DNA of 63,351 nucleotides, filler included, from Chiloscyllium plagiosum (taxonomy: Eukaryota): assembly GCF_004010195.1 (NCBI RefSeq). It is 3 parts of one record of this genome, joined end to end, with 100 filler letters (N's around TTAATTAATTAA, not from the genome) between each part and the next. Parts side by side here need not be neighbours in the genome. Positions count along the whole stretch, not along the records: positions 13,741 to 43,904 come from NC_057717.1; 2 more parts are not named here. One strand, written 5' to 3'. Under the pieces are notes generated by a model that worked only from the letters and a program-made list of their open reading frames with translations, was not told where the DNA came from and ran no database searches. The position numbers were made by a program, and so were the translations under genes. Positions 22,601 to 35,509 of this stretch are shown here, one piece after another. Position 1 is the first letter of the stretch. Each line of letters begins with the position of its first letter.

Positions 22601-22809
22601 ATCACTTTGTTGTGTTTAACCCCGAAAGTCCCTCAGACAGTAGCTCCACAAAACATTCACATCCTCAACACTTCAGGATGCAGTCCAGCTCCCCCCCTCA
22701 GATTGTGTTCAAACCCCTTCAGACTGTAAGGACCCACATCCACCCCTGTCCAAGATTGGGGCCCAGGTCCCCCGAACATGACTTGTCTCTCTGGATTAAT
22801 TTTAAAATT

Positions 22810-23052
22810 TACTACAGTGTAGAAGCAAGCCATTCCGTCCATTGGCCCCACACTGACTGTCTGAACAGCATCCCAACCAGACTCACATCCTCTACTCTAT
22901 CCCTGTAATGCTGCATTTTCCATGGCATCTTTGGGCGGTGGGAGGAAAGTGGAGCATCCGGAGGGAACCCGCATAGATACAGAGAGAATGTGTAAACTCC
23001 ACACAGACAGTCACCGGGAGTTAGAATCAAACCACTGAGGCACCGTGCTGTC
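22810..23052 (-). mobile_element. Old HE1/V-SINE-like element
   Basis: GAGAATGTGTAAACTCCACACAGACAGTCACC core plus CR1-like tail. Confidence 0.8.
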
Positions 23053-24459
23053 CTCTTCCTTGGGTGCCATCTCATCTAACCTTTTACTGAGCAACCTCCC
23101 ATGTGAAACCTTCTCATCTGTCTCCTTGGTCATCCCTTCAAAAGCTCTATCAAGTTGGACACATCATTTCCACAAACAAAGCCAAGCTGACCATCCCTNN
23201 NNNNNNNNNNNNNNNNNNNNNNNNNNNNNNNNNNNNNNNNNNNNNNNNNNNNNNNNNNNNNNNNNNNNNNNNNNNNNNNNNNNNNNNNNNNNNNNNNNNN
23301 NNNNNNNNNNNNNNNNNNNNNNNNNNNNNNNNNNNNNNNNNNNNNNNNNNNNNNNNNNNNNNNNNNNNNNNNNNNNNNNNNNNNNNNNNNNNNNNNNNNN
23401 NNNNNNNNNNNNNNNNNNNNNNNNNNNNNNNNNNNNNNNNNNNNNNNNNNNNNNNNNNNNNNNNNNNNNNNNNNNNNNNNNNNNNNNNNNNNNNNNNNNN
23501 NNNNNNNNNNNNNNNNNNNNNNNNNNNNNNNNNNNNNNNNNNNNNNNNNNNNNNNNNNNNNNNNNNNNNNNNNNNNNNNNNNNNNNNNNNNNNNNNNNNN
23601 NNNNNNNNNNNNNNNNNNNNNNNNNNNNNNNNNNNNNNNNNNNNNNNNNNNNNNNNNNNNNNNNNNNNNNNNNNNNNNNNNNNNNNNNNNNNNNNNNNNN
23701 NNNNNNNNNNNNNNNNNNNNNNNNNNNNNNNNNNNNNNNNNNNNNNNNNNNNNNNNNNNNNNNNNNNNNNNNNNNNNNNNNNNNNNNNNNNNNNNNNNNN
23801 NNNNNNNNNNNNNNNNNNNNNNNNNNNNNNNNNNNNNNNNNNNNNNNNNNNNNNNNNNNNNNNNNNNNNNNNNNNNNNNNNNNNNNNNNNNNNNNNNNNN
23901 NNNNNNNNNNNNNNNNNNNNNNNNNNNNNNNNNNNNNNNNNNNNNNNNNNNNNNNNNNNNNNNNNNACTCTTTCTCTCATTATCAATTCACCCTTAATGT
24001 CACTGTAAAGTCCTTTCAGATTTTTATTTCCTCTCTTCGCACTCCTCGCTCCCAGGCAATTAGCCTGCAATACGATTTGGAGGAGTGTAGGATGTCATTC
24101 TGTATGTGGATTAGCATTGGGAAGCTCAGAAATAAGGAACACACGACTGTGCTGAGTGTGGGACAGTGGGATTCATTTGGGATGAGCACATGGAATCTGA
24201 GGAATAAACCTCATCCCTGCAGCATGAAAATCTCTCTTTGAGCTGGCAGGTCAGTCACTCGAAACGAAAACTTGATCCCTGGGAAAAGAGGGTGGTAACC
24301 AAATGAAGACGGTCTGTTTGAACACAGTCTCTGGAACCTGGACGTGGGAATCATTGCTGAGCAGGGTATGTGTGAAGCAGAGGCAGAAATGTACTGAACA
24401 ATTTCAGATATTCCTCGTAGACCACAAGAAATGGGAGCAGATATTAGGCCATTCAGCCC

Positions 24460-26802
24460 ATCTGATAGTGTGGCACTCACTCAATACTGATTCTCTTACA
24501 ATGCAGAATGGTGCGCTGACAGTGTAGCACTCCCTCAGTCATGATCCCCTGACAGTGTGGAACTCCCTCAGTACTAACTCTCTGACAGTGCAGCGCTCCC
24601 TCAGGACTGCCCCCAGATTGACTCTCTGACATTGCGGCAATCCCCCATTACTGACCCCCTGAAAGCGCAGCACTCCCTCAGCAGTATCCTCTGACAGTGC
24701 AGCACTCCCTCAGTACTGACCCTCTGACAGTGCAGCATTTCCACAGTACTGTCCCTCCGACAGTACGGCACACCCGCAGTGCTGACCCTCTGTGAGTGCA
24801 GCCCTCCCTCAAACTGACCCTCTGACAGTGCAGCAATCCCTCAGTACTGACCCTCTCACAGTGTAGCAATCCCTGAGTACTGATCCTCACACAGTGCGGC
24901 ACTCCCTCAGTACTGACCCTCTGATAGCGCGGTGGTCCATCAGTACTGACCCTCCAACAATGCAGCTCTCCCACAGTACAGACCCTCTGATAGCGGAGCA
25001 CTCCCTCAGTACTGATCCTCCGACAGTGCATCTCTCCCACAGTACAGTCCCTCCGACAATGAAGCTCTCAACAGTACAGACCCTCTGACAGTGCAGCACT
25101 CCCTCAGTACTGACCCTCTGGCAGTGCAGCACTCCCTCCGTACAGATCCCCTGACAGTGCAGCGCACCCTCAGTAATGACCATCTGACAGTGCAGCTCTC
25201 CCTCAGCATTGCTCCTTTGATACTGCAGCACTCCATCAGAAATGACGCTCTAACACAACAGCATTCCCTCAGTACTGACAATCTGACTCTGCAGCACTCG
25301 CTTTGTACTGACATTTCTACAGTGCAGCAGTCCCTCAGTACTGATACTCATACAGTGTGGCATTCCCTCAGTACTGACCCTCCGACAATGTGGCACTCCC
25401 TCAATACAGCTGCTCTTACAGTGTAGCACACCCTCGGTACTGAACCTCCGATAACGTGGCATTTTCTCAGTATTGACCCTCCGGCAGAGCAGAACTCCCT
25501 CAGTACTGACACTCTGACAGTGAGGCACTGCCTCATTCCTGCACTACGGATAGTCCAGCAATGCCTCAGTACTGACGCTTTGGCAGTGCAGCTCTCCCTC
25601 AGTACTGACCCTCTGAAACAACACTCCCTCAGAACTGCCACACTGACTGTGTAGCGCTCCCTCAGTAATGACCATTTGACAGTGCATCACTCTCTCAGCA
25701 CTGACCCTCTGGCGATGCAGCAATCAGTCAGTACTGATGGTCCGACATATCGTGTGATACTCCCTCAGTACTGACCCTCTCACAGCGCGGTGATCCCTCA
25801 GTACTAACCACCTCAGAGTGCGGTGCTCCCTCAGTTCTAACCCTTTCACAGTGCAGCGCTCCCTCAGTAGTAACCCTCTCACAGTGCGACACTCTGACTG
25901 CATGGCCATCCATTAGCACTGACCCTCAGAGAGTGCGCACTTCATCATTACTGACCACTCACTGCACAGTAATCCCTCCGTCCTGACTCTCTGACAATGC
26001 TGCACTCCCTCCACACTGATCCTCTGACAATGCTGCACTCCCTCCACACTGACCCTCTGACAATGATACACTCCCTCCACACCGACCCTCTGACAATGCT
26101 GCACTCCCTCCACACTGATCCTCTGACAATGCTGCACTCCTTCCATACTGATCCTCTGACAATGCTGCACTACCTGCATACTGATCGTCTGATAGTGATG
26201 CACTCCCTCAGTACTGACCCTCTGACAGTGCAGCACTTCCTCAGTACTGCCCCTCTGGCAATGAGGCAATCACTCAGTATTGACCATCTGACAGTGCAAC
26301 ACTCTCTCATTCCTGACCCTCTGACAGTGCAGCACTCCCTCAGTACTGACCATGTTACAGTGCAACACTCCCACAGTACTGACCATCTTACAGTGCAACA
26401 CTCCCTCAGTACTTACCCTCTGACAGTGCAGCATTCCCTCAGTACTGATCCTCTGACAGTGCAGCACTCCCTCAGTACTGACCCTCATACAGTGCAGCAC
26501 TCCCTCAGTGTTGACCCTCCGACAGTGCAGCACTCTGTCAGTACTGACCCTTTGACAGTGCAGCACTCCCTGAGTACTGATCCCCTGACAGTGCAGCACT
26601 CCCTCAGTACTGATCCTCTGACAGTGCAGCATTCCCTCAGTACTGATCCTCTGACAGTGCAGCACTCCCTCAGTACTGACCCTCTGACAGTGCAACACTC
26701 CCTCAGTACTGACCATGTGACAGTGCGGAACTCCCTCAGTACTGACCCTCTGAGAATGTACCGCTCCCTCATTACTGACCCTCTGACAGTGCAGCACTCC
26801 CT
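24460..26802 (+). repeat. 33-bp minisatellite (CTGACAGTGCAGCACTCCCTCAGTACTGACCCT), Deu-SINE-like
   Basis: About 70 units; produces the TVQHSLSTDPL 11-aa pseudo-ORF; the unit resembles the GACAGTGCAGCACTCCCTCAGTACTG segment I recall from AmnSINE/SacSINE elements. Confidence 0.92.
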
Positions 26803-26954
26803 CTTTTTTTCTAATTCATAGAGTCTTGTGGAAATTTGGAGACATGGGGCTTGCAGATTCTGAGGAAGCATGAGAGAGACACACAAACCAAACCCTGTCT
26901 GAAACTCTCTGCAATAGACTATTCAGAGGCACTGAGTCACAGAGGTGCACAGCT

Positions 26955-27130
26955 TGGAAACAATCCCTCCTATCCAACGCGTCCAGACCAACCAGATATT
27001 CTCATCTCATTTCGTCCCATTTGCTAGCACTTGGCTGATATCCCTCTAAACCCTTCCCATTCACATACTTATCCTGATGCCTTTTAAATGTCGCAATTAT
27101 ACAGCCCCCATGACTTCCTCTGGTAGCTAC
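26955..27130 (-). mobile_element. CR1/HER1 LINE 3' end fragment
   Basis: ATATCCCTCTAAACCCTTCCCATTCACATAC...GCCTTTTAAATGT, same family as 57865-58150. Confidence 0.75.
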
Positions 27131-27744
27131 CTGCATGCCCTTGAATAAGTGCTCAAGCATTCATATTATCGATACAAACTCTAATAAACACCAACCTACG
27201 AAAGGCTATCATTGTCATTTTCAACCCACCCTTAGCTTCTTCACTACGCTGATTTCAACAGAGGTAAAGACCATCCACCGTGACCCTGTTATAAAACTTA
27301 CTTTCAAATTTGGCTTGCATGTGATTACCACACCCTCTAATCGTTGCCTGGAAGGTGGGGGTGAGCTGTACTTTCCTGCTGCAGTCCTTGGGTGTCCCAC
27401 AGTGATGTTAGGGAGGTAGCTCCAGGATTTTGACTTGAACCATGTAAAGAGCTCTCTTACTGGAATGCCTTTTTAAAATTGGGAAGTTATTATAGACCAG
27501 GACAACCCGAGAGCTGCTGTCTTGTCAGAGAGAGAGGCCTGGTGGGTCACACGCCGCAGGTGAGGGGCGAGGTATTGAAGTTGGGGCCTTCATGGTAATT
27601 TCAGATATGATAGAGATTGAGCCAACAATGCTGGCATCACAAACCTGTTAGCTGTGGTAACTGACCCTCCTTTTGTAGCAGAGGGATTCAATCCCTTTAA
27701 TAGAGCATGCTTGAGAATTCAACACAAAAATCAATCTGTACCGT

Positions 27745-27965
27745 CGCGTTGGAGACCTGAAACATCAACACAGAGCTTGCTGAAGGAGCTAAGCATACCC
27801 GGCAGCACCTTTGAAGGGAGAGGGAGAAAGAGACAGACAGAGTTCACCTTTCAATCCAGTGATTTCTGCAGGAACAGGCCGTTTTGAGGAAGGGTCACTT
27901 GAAATGTGAATTGTTCCTCTCTGTTCACCGTTGCTACTGAATATCCCCAGCCATCTGTTTGCTTG
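27745..27965. mobile_element. Degraded palindromic Penelope-like fragment
   Basis: TGGAGACCTGAAAC...GGCAGCACCT...CAGAGTTCACCTTTC...TTGAGGAAGGGTCACTTGAAATGT resembles the 2135 element layout with an eroded hammerhead core. Confidence 0.45.
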
Positions 27966-28442
27966 AGAATTTTATCTGACCTGATCCAAGCGTCACTGAA
28001 TAATTCAGTCTGTGTTCAATGCCCTGAGGCTGCTTCTACTGAAAGTTGACAAACAGGTTTACGGCTTTGTAAGGTATTGTATTCGGAGGGCGGGCTACAT
28101 GGGAGAACAGATACAGAACACAGGCACTTCACAAAGATCCTTCTCAATGTAACTTTGTGATGTTAATTCAGAAGGAACAGCTCAGACCTTACATTTCAGT
28201 TAATCAGCCAAGGGGAGCATATATGTCATGACAAAGACTTGTTGTAAAAATTGTACAGAACCGAACTTTCGTGACTATGTTTGTACGTAAAGTTTTTTTG
28301 TGAATAAAGTCTCCTTTTGAGGGGGATGAAGCATCTTGAGCTTTGGAGGCATTGCCCTTTTCCCTAATCTTTTTTAAATAAACGCGAGACAAGTTAGATA
28401 CTCCCCGGGTATCGACATCAAACGGTCATCAACGGAGAGGAG

Positions 28443-28720
28443 ATGGTGGGATGGTCACGGGGGCTCAGTGTTGCCCCACCCCACCCGGGTTCGATTCCAG
28501 CCTCGGGCGACAGTCTGTGTGGAGTTGGCACATTCTCCCCGTGTCAGCTTCCGGGTGCTCCAGACCCCACCCACTGTCCAAAGATGTGCAGGCTGGGTGG
28601 GTTAGCGAGAGGAAATGAAGGGATCCAGGGATAGAGTGGGGAGATGGGCTGCTCTGCCGAGGGTCAGTGTGAACCTGATAGGCCGAATGGCCTGCTTCCA
28701 CATCTTAGGGATTGTATGAT
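28443..28720 (+). mobile_element. Old HE1/V-SINE-like element
   Basis: GGGTTCGATTCC B-box, CTGTGTGGAGTTGGCACATTCTCCCC core, GGCCGAATGGCCTGCTTCCACA tail. Confidence 0.85.
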
Positions 28721-28977
28721 CAATCCAGAGACTCAAATAATGTTCTGGGCCCTGGGATCCAATCTTGGGGGTGGCTGTGGGTCATCACAGTGAGAACAGG
28801 CTTGGGAATGAATACTGTCCAAGGGGGCATCAGGTTTGCTTTCTGAGGTGTTGAGCGCATGAATGTTCTGTCGAGGTGCTTTGGGAATAAACATACTGAG
28901 GGGATGGTTTCTAAGGTATTGAGGGAGCACTATCTGTCAGTACAGGGTGCAGATGGTCGAAAGGTACAGATACACTT

Positions 28978-31492
28978 CATAGAACATAGAACATAGGACA
29001 TCGAACAGTACAGCACAGAACAGGCCCTTCAGCCCTTGATGCTGTGCCGACCATCGATCCTCATGTAAGGGAAACCTAAAGTATGAACCCTCAAATTTCT
29101 GTGACCATATGCATGTCCAGCAGTCNNNNNNNNNNNNNNNNNNNNNNNNNNNNNNNAACTCTATCTATGCCTCTCATTATCTTGTACACCTCAATTAGGT
29201 CCCCTGTCTTCCTTTTTTCCACTGAAAGAAGTCCGAGCTCAGTCAACCTCTCTTTGTTAGATAAGCCCTCCATTCCAGGCAGCATCCTGGTAAACCTCCT
29301 CTGAACCCTCTCCAAAGTATCCACATCTTTCCTATAATAGGGCGACCTGAACTGGACAGTATTTCAAGTGCGTTCTAACCAAAGTTTTATAGAGCTGCAT
29401 CAAGATCTCACGACTCTTAAACTCAATCCTCCTGTTAATGAAAGCCAAAACACCAAATGCTTTCTTCACAACCCTGTCCACTTGGGTAGCTATTTTAAGG
29501 GATCTATGTACCTGCACAGCAAGATCCCTCTGTTCCTCCACACTGCTAAGAATCCTGTCTTTAATCCTCTACTCAGCTTTCAAATTTGACCTTCCAAAAT
29601 GCATCACCTCGCATTTATCCAGGTTGAACTCCATCTGCCACCTCTCAGCCCATCTCTGCATCCTGTGAATGTCCCGCTGCAGCCAACAACAGCCCTCTAT
29701 ACTGTCAATGACACCTCCAACGTTTGTGTTGTCTGCAAACTTGCTGACCCATTCTTCAATCCCCTCATCCAAGTCATTAATAAAAATCACAAACAGTAGA
29801 GGCTCAAGGACAGAGCCCTGTGGAACACCACTCACCACTAACTTCCAGGCAGAATATTTTCCTTCTACTACCATTCGCTGTCTTCTGTTGGCCAGCCAAT
29901 TCTGTATCCAGACAGCTACGTTTCCCTGTATCCCAGTCCTCCAAACCTTCTGAACGCGCCTACCATGGGGAACCTTATCAAATGCCTTAATGAAGTCCAC
30001 AATCACAACATCCATAGCTCGACCCTCATCAAGTTGCCTAGTCACATCCGCAACGACCTCAGTAAGGTTTGTGAGGCATGACCTGCCCCTCACAAAGCCG
30101 TGTTGACTGCATTTAATCAAGCCATGCTCTTCCACACGGTCATAAATCCTGTCCCTCAGTATCCTTTCTAACTCCTTACAGACGACAGACGTGAGAGTGT
30201 CTGGTCTGTAATTGCCGGGTATTTCCCTATTTCCTTTCTTGAAGAGAGGAATTACATTTGCCTCCCTCCAGTCCTCAGGTACGACTCCAACGGAGAGCGA
30301 GGATGTAAGGATCTTCACAAGCAGCGAAGAAATCACATTTCTCACTTCCCACAGCAGCCAAGGACAAATCTGGTTTGGCCCTGGCGACTTGTCAATCTTA
30401 ATGTTTGTCAAAATGTTCAGCACATCAGCTTCCTCTAGCTGTATCCGTTCGAGCATGCTTACCTGCTCCTCAATGGTTTCATTCACTACAAGGTCCTTTT
30501 CTTTAGTAACAACAGAAGCACAAAACTCATTTAGGGCTTCTCCTACCTCCTCAGACTCTATACACAAGTTCCCTATGCTATCCCTGATCGGCCCTACTCT
30601 TTCTTTGATCATTGTCTTACTCCTCACATAGGTGTAAAATGTCTTTGGATTCTCCCTAATCCTTCCTGCCAAGCCTTTTTCGTGCCCTCTCGCTCTCCTC
30701 AGGCCATTTTTCAGCTCCTTCTTCTCCTGCCTGTAATCCTCCAGAGCTGAGCAAGACCCTTGCTTCCTCCACCTTACGTAAGCTGCCTTCTTTCTTTTGA
30801 AAATAAGCTCCTCCGCTCTCTTCATCCAAGGTTCCTTTATCTTGCCCCTTTTTGCCTGTCTCAGAGGAACACATTTATGCATCACTCGCAACAACTGTTC
30901 CTTAAACCGTCTCCACATTTCTATAGTAGCCTTTCCATGGAGCAATTGCTCCCAGTCCATGGTTCTCAACTCAAGTCTGATAGTATCATAGTTTCCTTTT
31001 CCCCAATTAAATATCCTCCCATTGTGCTTGCTTCTCTCCTTCTCCATGGCTATATAGAATGTGAGGCAGTTGTGGTCACTATCACCAAAATGCTCTCCCA
31101 CCACAAGATCTGATACCTGCCCCAGCTCATTGCCGAGCACCAAAATCAAAATGGCCTCTCCCCTCGTCGGCCGCTTCAATGTGCTGAGTTTGGAAACCCT
31201 CCTGAACACACCTTACAAAAATAGCTCCTTCCAAACCATCTGCTCGAAGGAGGTTCCAATCAATATTGGGAAAGTTAAAGTCACCCATTACAACAACCCT
31301 GTTACATTCACTCTTTACCAAAATCTGCTGACCTACGCTTTCTTCAATCTCCCTGCTGCTGTTGAGGGGCCTGTAGTAAACGCCTAATGAGGTGACTGCT
31401 CCCTTACTGTTTCTAATTTCCACCCATACTGACTGAGTAGGCAGACCCTCCTCCACAATGGTAACTTCTGTACCTGTGATACCCTCTCTGAT
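28978..31492 (-). mobile_element. CR1 LINE, 5'-truncated, with (ATGTTCT)n tail; 546-codon open stretch 29569-31209
   Basis: EN C-terminal and RT motifs ([38 protein letters not shown]); tail repeats at 28978-29001. Confidence 0.95.
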
Positions 31493-31532
31493 TTCCTTTC
31501 TGAATTCATTGCATGTGGTGTCCCTCAAGGGT

Positions 31533-31857
31533 TGGCCAGCACGGTGGCTCAATTGTGAGCACTGCTGCCTCAAACCACCAGGGACCCAGGTTCGATTCCA
31601 GACTCGGGCGACTGTCTGTGTGGAGTTTGCACATTCTCCCCGTATTTGCATGGGTTTCCTCTGGGTGTTCCGGTTTCTTCCCACAGTCCAAAGATGTGCA
31701 GGTTTGGTGAAATGGCCATGCTAAATTGCCTGTAGTGTTAGGTGCATCAATAAGTAAACGTATGGCAATGGGTCCGGATGGGTTCCTCCTCGGACGGTCG
31801 GTGTGGACTTGTTGGGCCGAAGGGACTATTTCCACACAGTAGAGAATATAAGGATCT
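31533..31857 (+). mobile_element. HE1/V-SINE-like element
   Basis: CAGCACGGTGGCTCAA A-box, GGTTCGATTCC B-box, V-domain-like body, CR1-like tail. Confidence 0.9.
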
Positions 31858-32340
31858 ATCCTTAGACTCTCCTTTTTCTCACCTACATAATGCCAGGAGC
31901 TGACATTGTCCAAAAGTACAGTGTGAGGTTTCACATATACACGGACAGTGCCCAACCTTCCCTCCCCATCATCCTTCTTCATTACTCCACTGTTACTCAG
32001 TTATCAAACTGCTTACCACGCTCCCACTACTCTATTAGCTGCAATTTTCTCCAATGAAACAGTGTAATGGTTAAACCCATTGCCTTCAGTTGCTATTACA
32101 AATTCCTTTCCCTTACTGCTGAGCCCGTCCCTCAAACTGGGAAATATCTGAGATAGAACTACATTCTTTACAATATTGCTGTTATATCTGACCCCAAGGT
32201 GACCTTCTAATCGGACATCCACACAATCACAAACACCAGGAGTTCCATTCTCTAAAACGTTGCTTGTCTCCCCCTCACCCCAGCTCCTTTGCTACTGAAA
32301 CTCCATACCCGTGTCGGTGTTGCCTAAAAACTTGACGAAT
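31858..32340 (+). mobile_element. Ancient L2-clade LINE RT fragment
   Basis: LLFLTYIMPGADIVQKYSVRFHIYTDSAQPSL resembles L2 LLF..YMLPLG.II.KH.V.FH.YADDTQLY; paralogs at 45930-47110 (-), 52030-52510 and 54520-54965. Confidence 0.75.
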
Positions 32341-33149
32341 CTGAAGCAGAACCCTTGATTCCACGACTGACCCAGAATCTGCTAGCTTTCTGTGTTTCCT
32401 GCACAATTTCCCCCGGTCCCTTTGTGTTGCAGCTTTGTACAGTTTCCACCAATTAAATAGCATTTTGTTCTTTTATTATCTCCTCCAAAATGATCAACTT
32501 CCCATTTTCCCAAATTATACTGCATCTGGCAACTTGTTGCCCCCTTCTCCTGTGCATCTCTCTCTCTTCACAATCCTCTTCGACCTTTACAGTTATGCCT
32601 GTTCTGACAAACNNNNNNNNNNNNNNNNNNNNNNNNNNNNNNNNNNNNNNNNNNNNNNNNNNNNNNNNNNNNNNNNNNNNNNNNNNNNNNNNNNNNNNNN
32701 NNNNNNNNNNNNNNNNNNNNNNNNNNNNNNNNNNNNNNNNNNNNNNNNNNNNNNNNNNNNNNNNNNNNNNNNNNNNNNNNNNNNNNNNNNNNNNNNNNNN
32801 NNNNNNNNNNNNNNNNNNNNNNNNNNNNNNNNNNNNNNNNNNNNNNNNNNNNNNNNNNNNNNNNNNNNNNNNNNNNNNNNNNNNNNNNNNNNNNNNNNNN
32901 NNNNNNNNNNNNNNNNNNNNNNNNNNNNNNNNNNNNNNNNNNNNNNNNNNNNNNNNNNNNNNNNNNNNNNNNNNNNNNNNNNNNNNNNNNNAAAAGTTCT
33001 CCTTTAAATCATCCCATTCTCTCAATAGTTCTCCCCACACCTTCAATGTGTCCTGTAATCCTTGTATAATGAGCTGATGAGTATAAGGTTTATTATAACG
33101 GGTAACTTTTGAAAACCCCTCTGTCACAGCTCCCCTCAATTTCCTTTGC

Positions 33150-33395
33150 TACAAGGAGAACAATCTCGGTTTCCCCAAACCCCTGATTCCCCAATGTCTG
33201 TTTGCTCTCTATAAGGCACACATCAGGGTTGTTTTGGAACAGTGTCCACTCACCTACATCAGTGCAGCCCCCAGCAATGTTAAAGAACGTGAACATCCTC
33301 CAGGACAAAGCACTGTGCCTGAGTGGTGTCCCATCCACCACCTTCAGCATTCCCTCTCTCCACCCCCGAGGTCCAGTATCATCACTGTGTAAGAG
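33150..33395 (+). mobile_element. Ancient CR1/Jockey-group LINE RT C-terminal fragment
   Basis: YKAHIRVVLEQCPLTYISAAP / LKNVNILQDKALCLSGVPSTTFSIPSLHPR; paralogs at 44670-44900 (-) and 56200-56440. Confidence 0.65.
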
Positions 33396-35509
33396 GCAAA
33401 GTCAGTATTGTCCTACCAGATCATCAGACTGCTCTCTTATTCGGGAGAGATGACTGGTCGTGGTTTAACCTGGAGGTTACCCCAGCCCAGGCAGGGGGAG
33501 AGGTTGGGAAGGAGAGCCCATCTATTGTAGATTGATATTATCTACCCAATGTATCAGCAACAACTATATCATACCAATGACTAATGTAAAAGAATATCCA
33601 AAGCATGCTACTACAATCCCCCATTCCTTGAACCATCCTGGTAAATCCCCTGTACCCCCTCTCAGTGACCCTGCCATCCTTCCCAATGTATGGGCGATCT
33701 CTGGTTTGCACACACCCAGCTGCTCTTTGTTCCTGCGGGTGATGCCATCATCGAGCACCAGTTGCACTAAACCTCACTGTCTGGAAGGGTTGGAGACACA
33801 GAATTCCCAATAGCATTTAAGACACATTTCGGTGTACACTTGTGATACCAAGACAGATGGTGCGAATGACTGTGTATTGGAAAATGGATCAGGATAGTTT
33901 GGTGATAGTTTTCTTTACTGGCACAGACTCAATGGCCCACAGAGCCTTTTTCTGTGCTGTAAACCTCGAGACACTTAATATCGGACTATGACAGGCCACC
34001 TTTGAAACCAGGTCAGAAAACATGAAAGTAGAATAGATGACACATGATTGGTCAATGTGTTTGGGAGGAAAGTGAGATGGAGCGGTTTAGGAGGAAAATC
34101 TGGAACTCGATGGAGGAATCTGAAAGGGCCGTCATCATGTGAGAAATAAAAATGCGGAATCCTCAAGGCCGAAATCAAAGAAAGGCACATATAACACAGC
34201 TTTGAGCGACTGGAGGGGATTAGAGTTAGGGAGAGATCTGAGGCTGGAGAGGGATTATTAGAGATAAGGAAGATGTTCGCCGAGCTGGAAATTTGTGTTG
34301 CAGACGTTTCGTCCCCTGTCTGCTGCAGCTGGAACTGACAACCNNNNNNNNNNNNNNNNNNNNNNNNNNNNNNNNNNNNNNNNNNNNNNNNNNNNNNNNN
34401 NNNNNNNNNNNNNNNNNNNNNNNNNNNNNNNNNNNNNNNNNNNNNNNNNNNNNNNNNNNNNNNNNNNNNNNNNNNNNNNNNNNNNNNNNNNNNNNNNNNN
34501 NNNNNNNNNNNNNNNNNNNNNNNNNNNNNNNNNNNNNNNNNNNNNNNNNNNNNNNNNNNNNNNNNNNNNNNNNNNNNNNNNNNNNNNNNNNNNNNNNNNN
34601 NNNNNNNNNNNNNNNNNNNNNNNNNNNNNNNNNNNNNNNNNNNNNNNNNNNNNNNNNNNNNNNNNNNNNNNNNNNNNNNNNNNNNNNNNNNNNNNNNNNN
34701 NNNNNNNNNNNNNNNNNNNNNNNNNNNNNNNNNNNNNNNNNNNNNNNNNNNNNNNNNNNNNNNNNNNNNNNNNNNNNNNNNNNNNNNNNNNNNNNNNNNN
34801 NNNNNNNNNNNNNNNNNNNNNNNNNNNNNNNNNNNNNNNNNNNNNNNNNNNNNNNNNNNNNNNNNNNNNNNNNNNNNNNNNNNNNNNNNNNNNNNNNNNN
34901 NNNNNNNNNNNNNNNNNNNNNNNNNNNNNNNNNNNNNNNNNNNNNNNNNNNNNNNNNNNNNNNNNNNNNNNNNNNNNNNNNNNNNNNNNNNNNNNNNNNN
35001 NNNNNNNNNNNNNNNNNNNNNNNNNNNNNNNNNNNNNNNNNNNNNNNNNNNNNNNNNNNNNNNNNNNNNNNNNNNNNNNNNNNNNNNNNNNNNNNNNNNN
35101 NNNNNNNNNNNNNNNNNNNNNNNNNNNNNNNNNNNNNNNNNNNNNNNNNNNNNNNNNNNNNNNNNNNNNNNNNNNNNNNNNNNNNNNNNNNNNNNNNNNN
35201 NNNNNNNNNNNNNNNNNNNNNNNNNNNNNNNNNNNNNNNNNNNNNNNNNNNNNNNNNNNNNNNNNNNNNNNNNNNNNNNNNNNNNNNNNNNNNNNNNNNN
35301 NNNNNNNNNNNNNNNNNNNNNNNNNNNNNNNNNNNNNNCTAAACCCTTCCAAATCATGTTCCCACCGAGAGAGGAACCTCCATTATGTGAACGAGTTGGG
35401 TGGGCACTAATTCATTCGGATAATCAATGATTCGGTGAATTGATTAAATGCCTTTCCTCTGGGGCTCGGAGTTTTCAAAGTCTGCTCCCCATTCAGGAGA
35501 CTGCAGCAG

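Noticed and set aside
20661..24241. Long ORFs containing X runs (also around 32.4-38.1, 41.7-42.9, 49.9-50.5 and 53.1-54.0 kb)
   Set aside because: Created by assembly gaps.
25997..26821. 274-aa repeat ORF (TVQHSLSTDPL)n and its reverse-strand counterparts
   Set aside because: Consequence of a stop-free 33-bp repeat; no other coding evidence.
28270..28320. AATAAA as a host-gene poly(A) site
   Set aside because: No upstream gene is evident; TTTTGTGAATAAAGT..TTTT could equally be a LINE 3' end.
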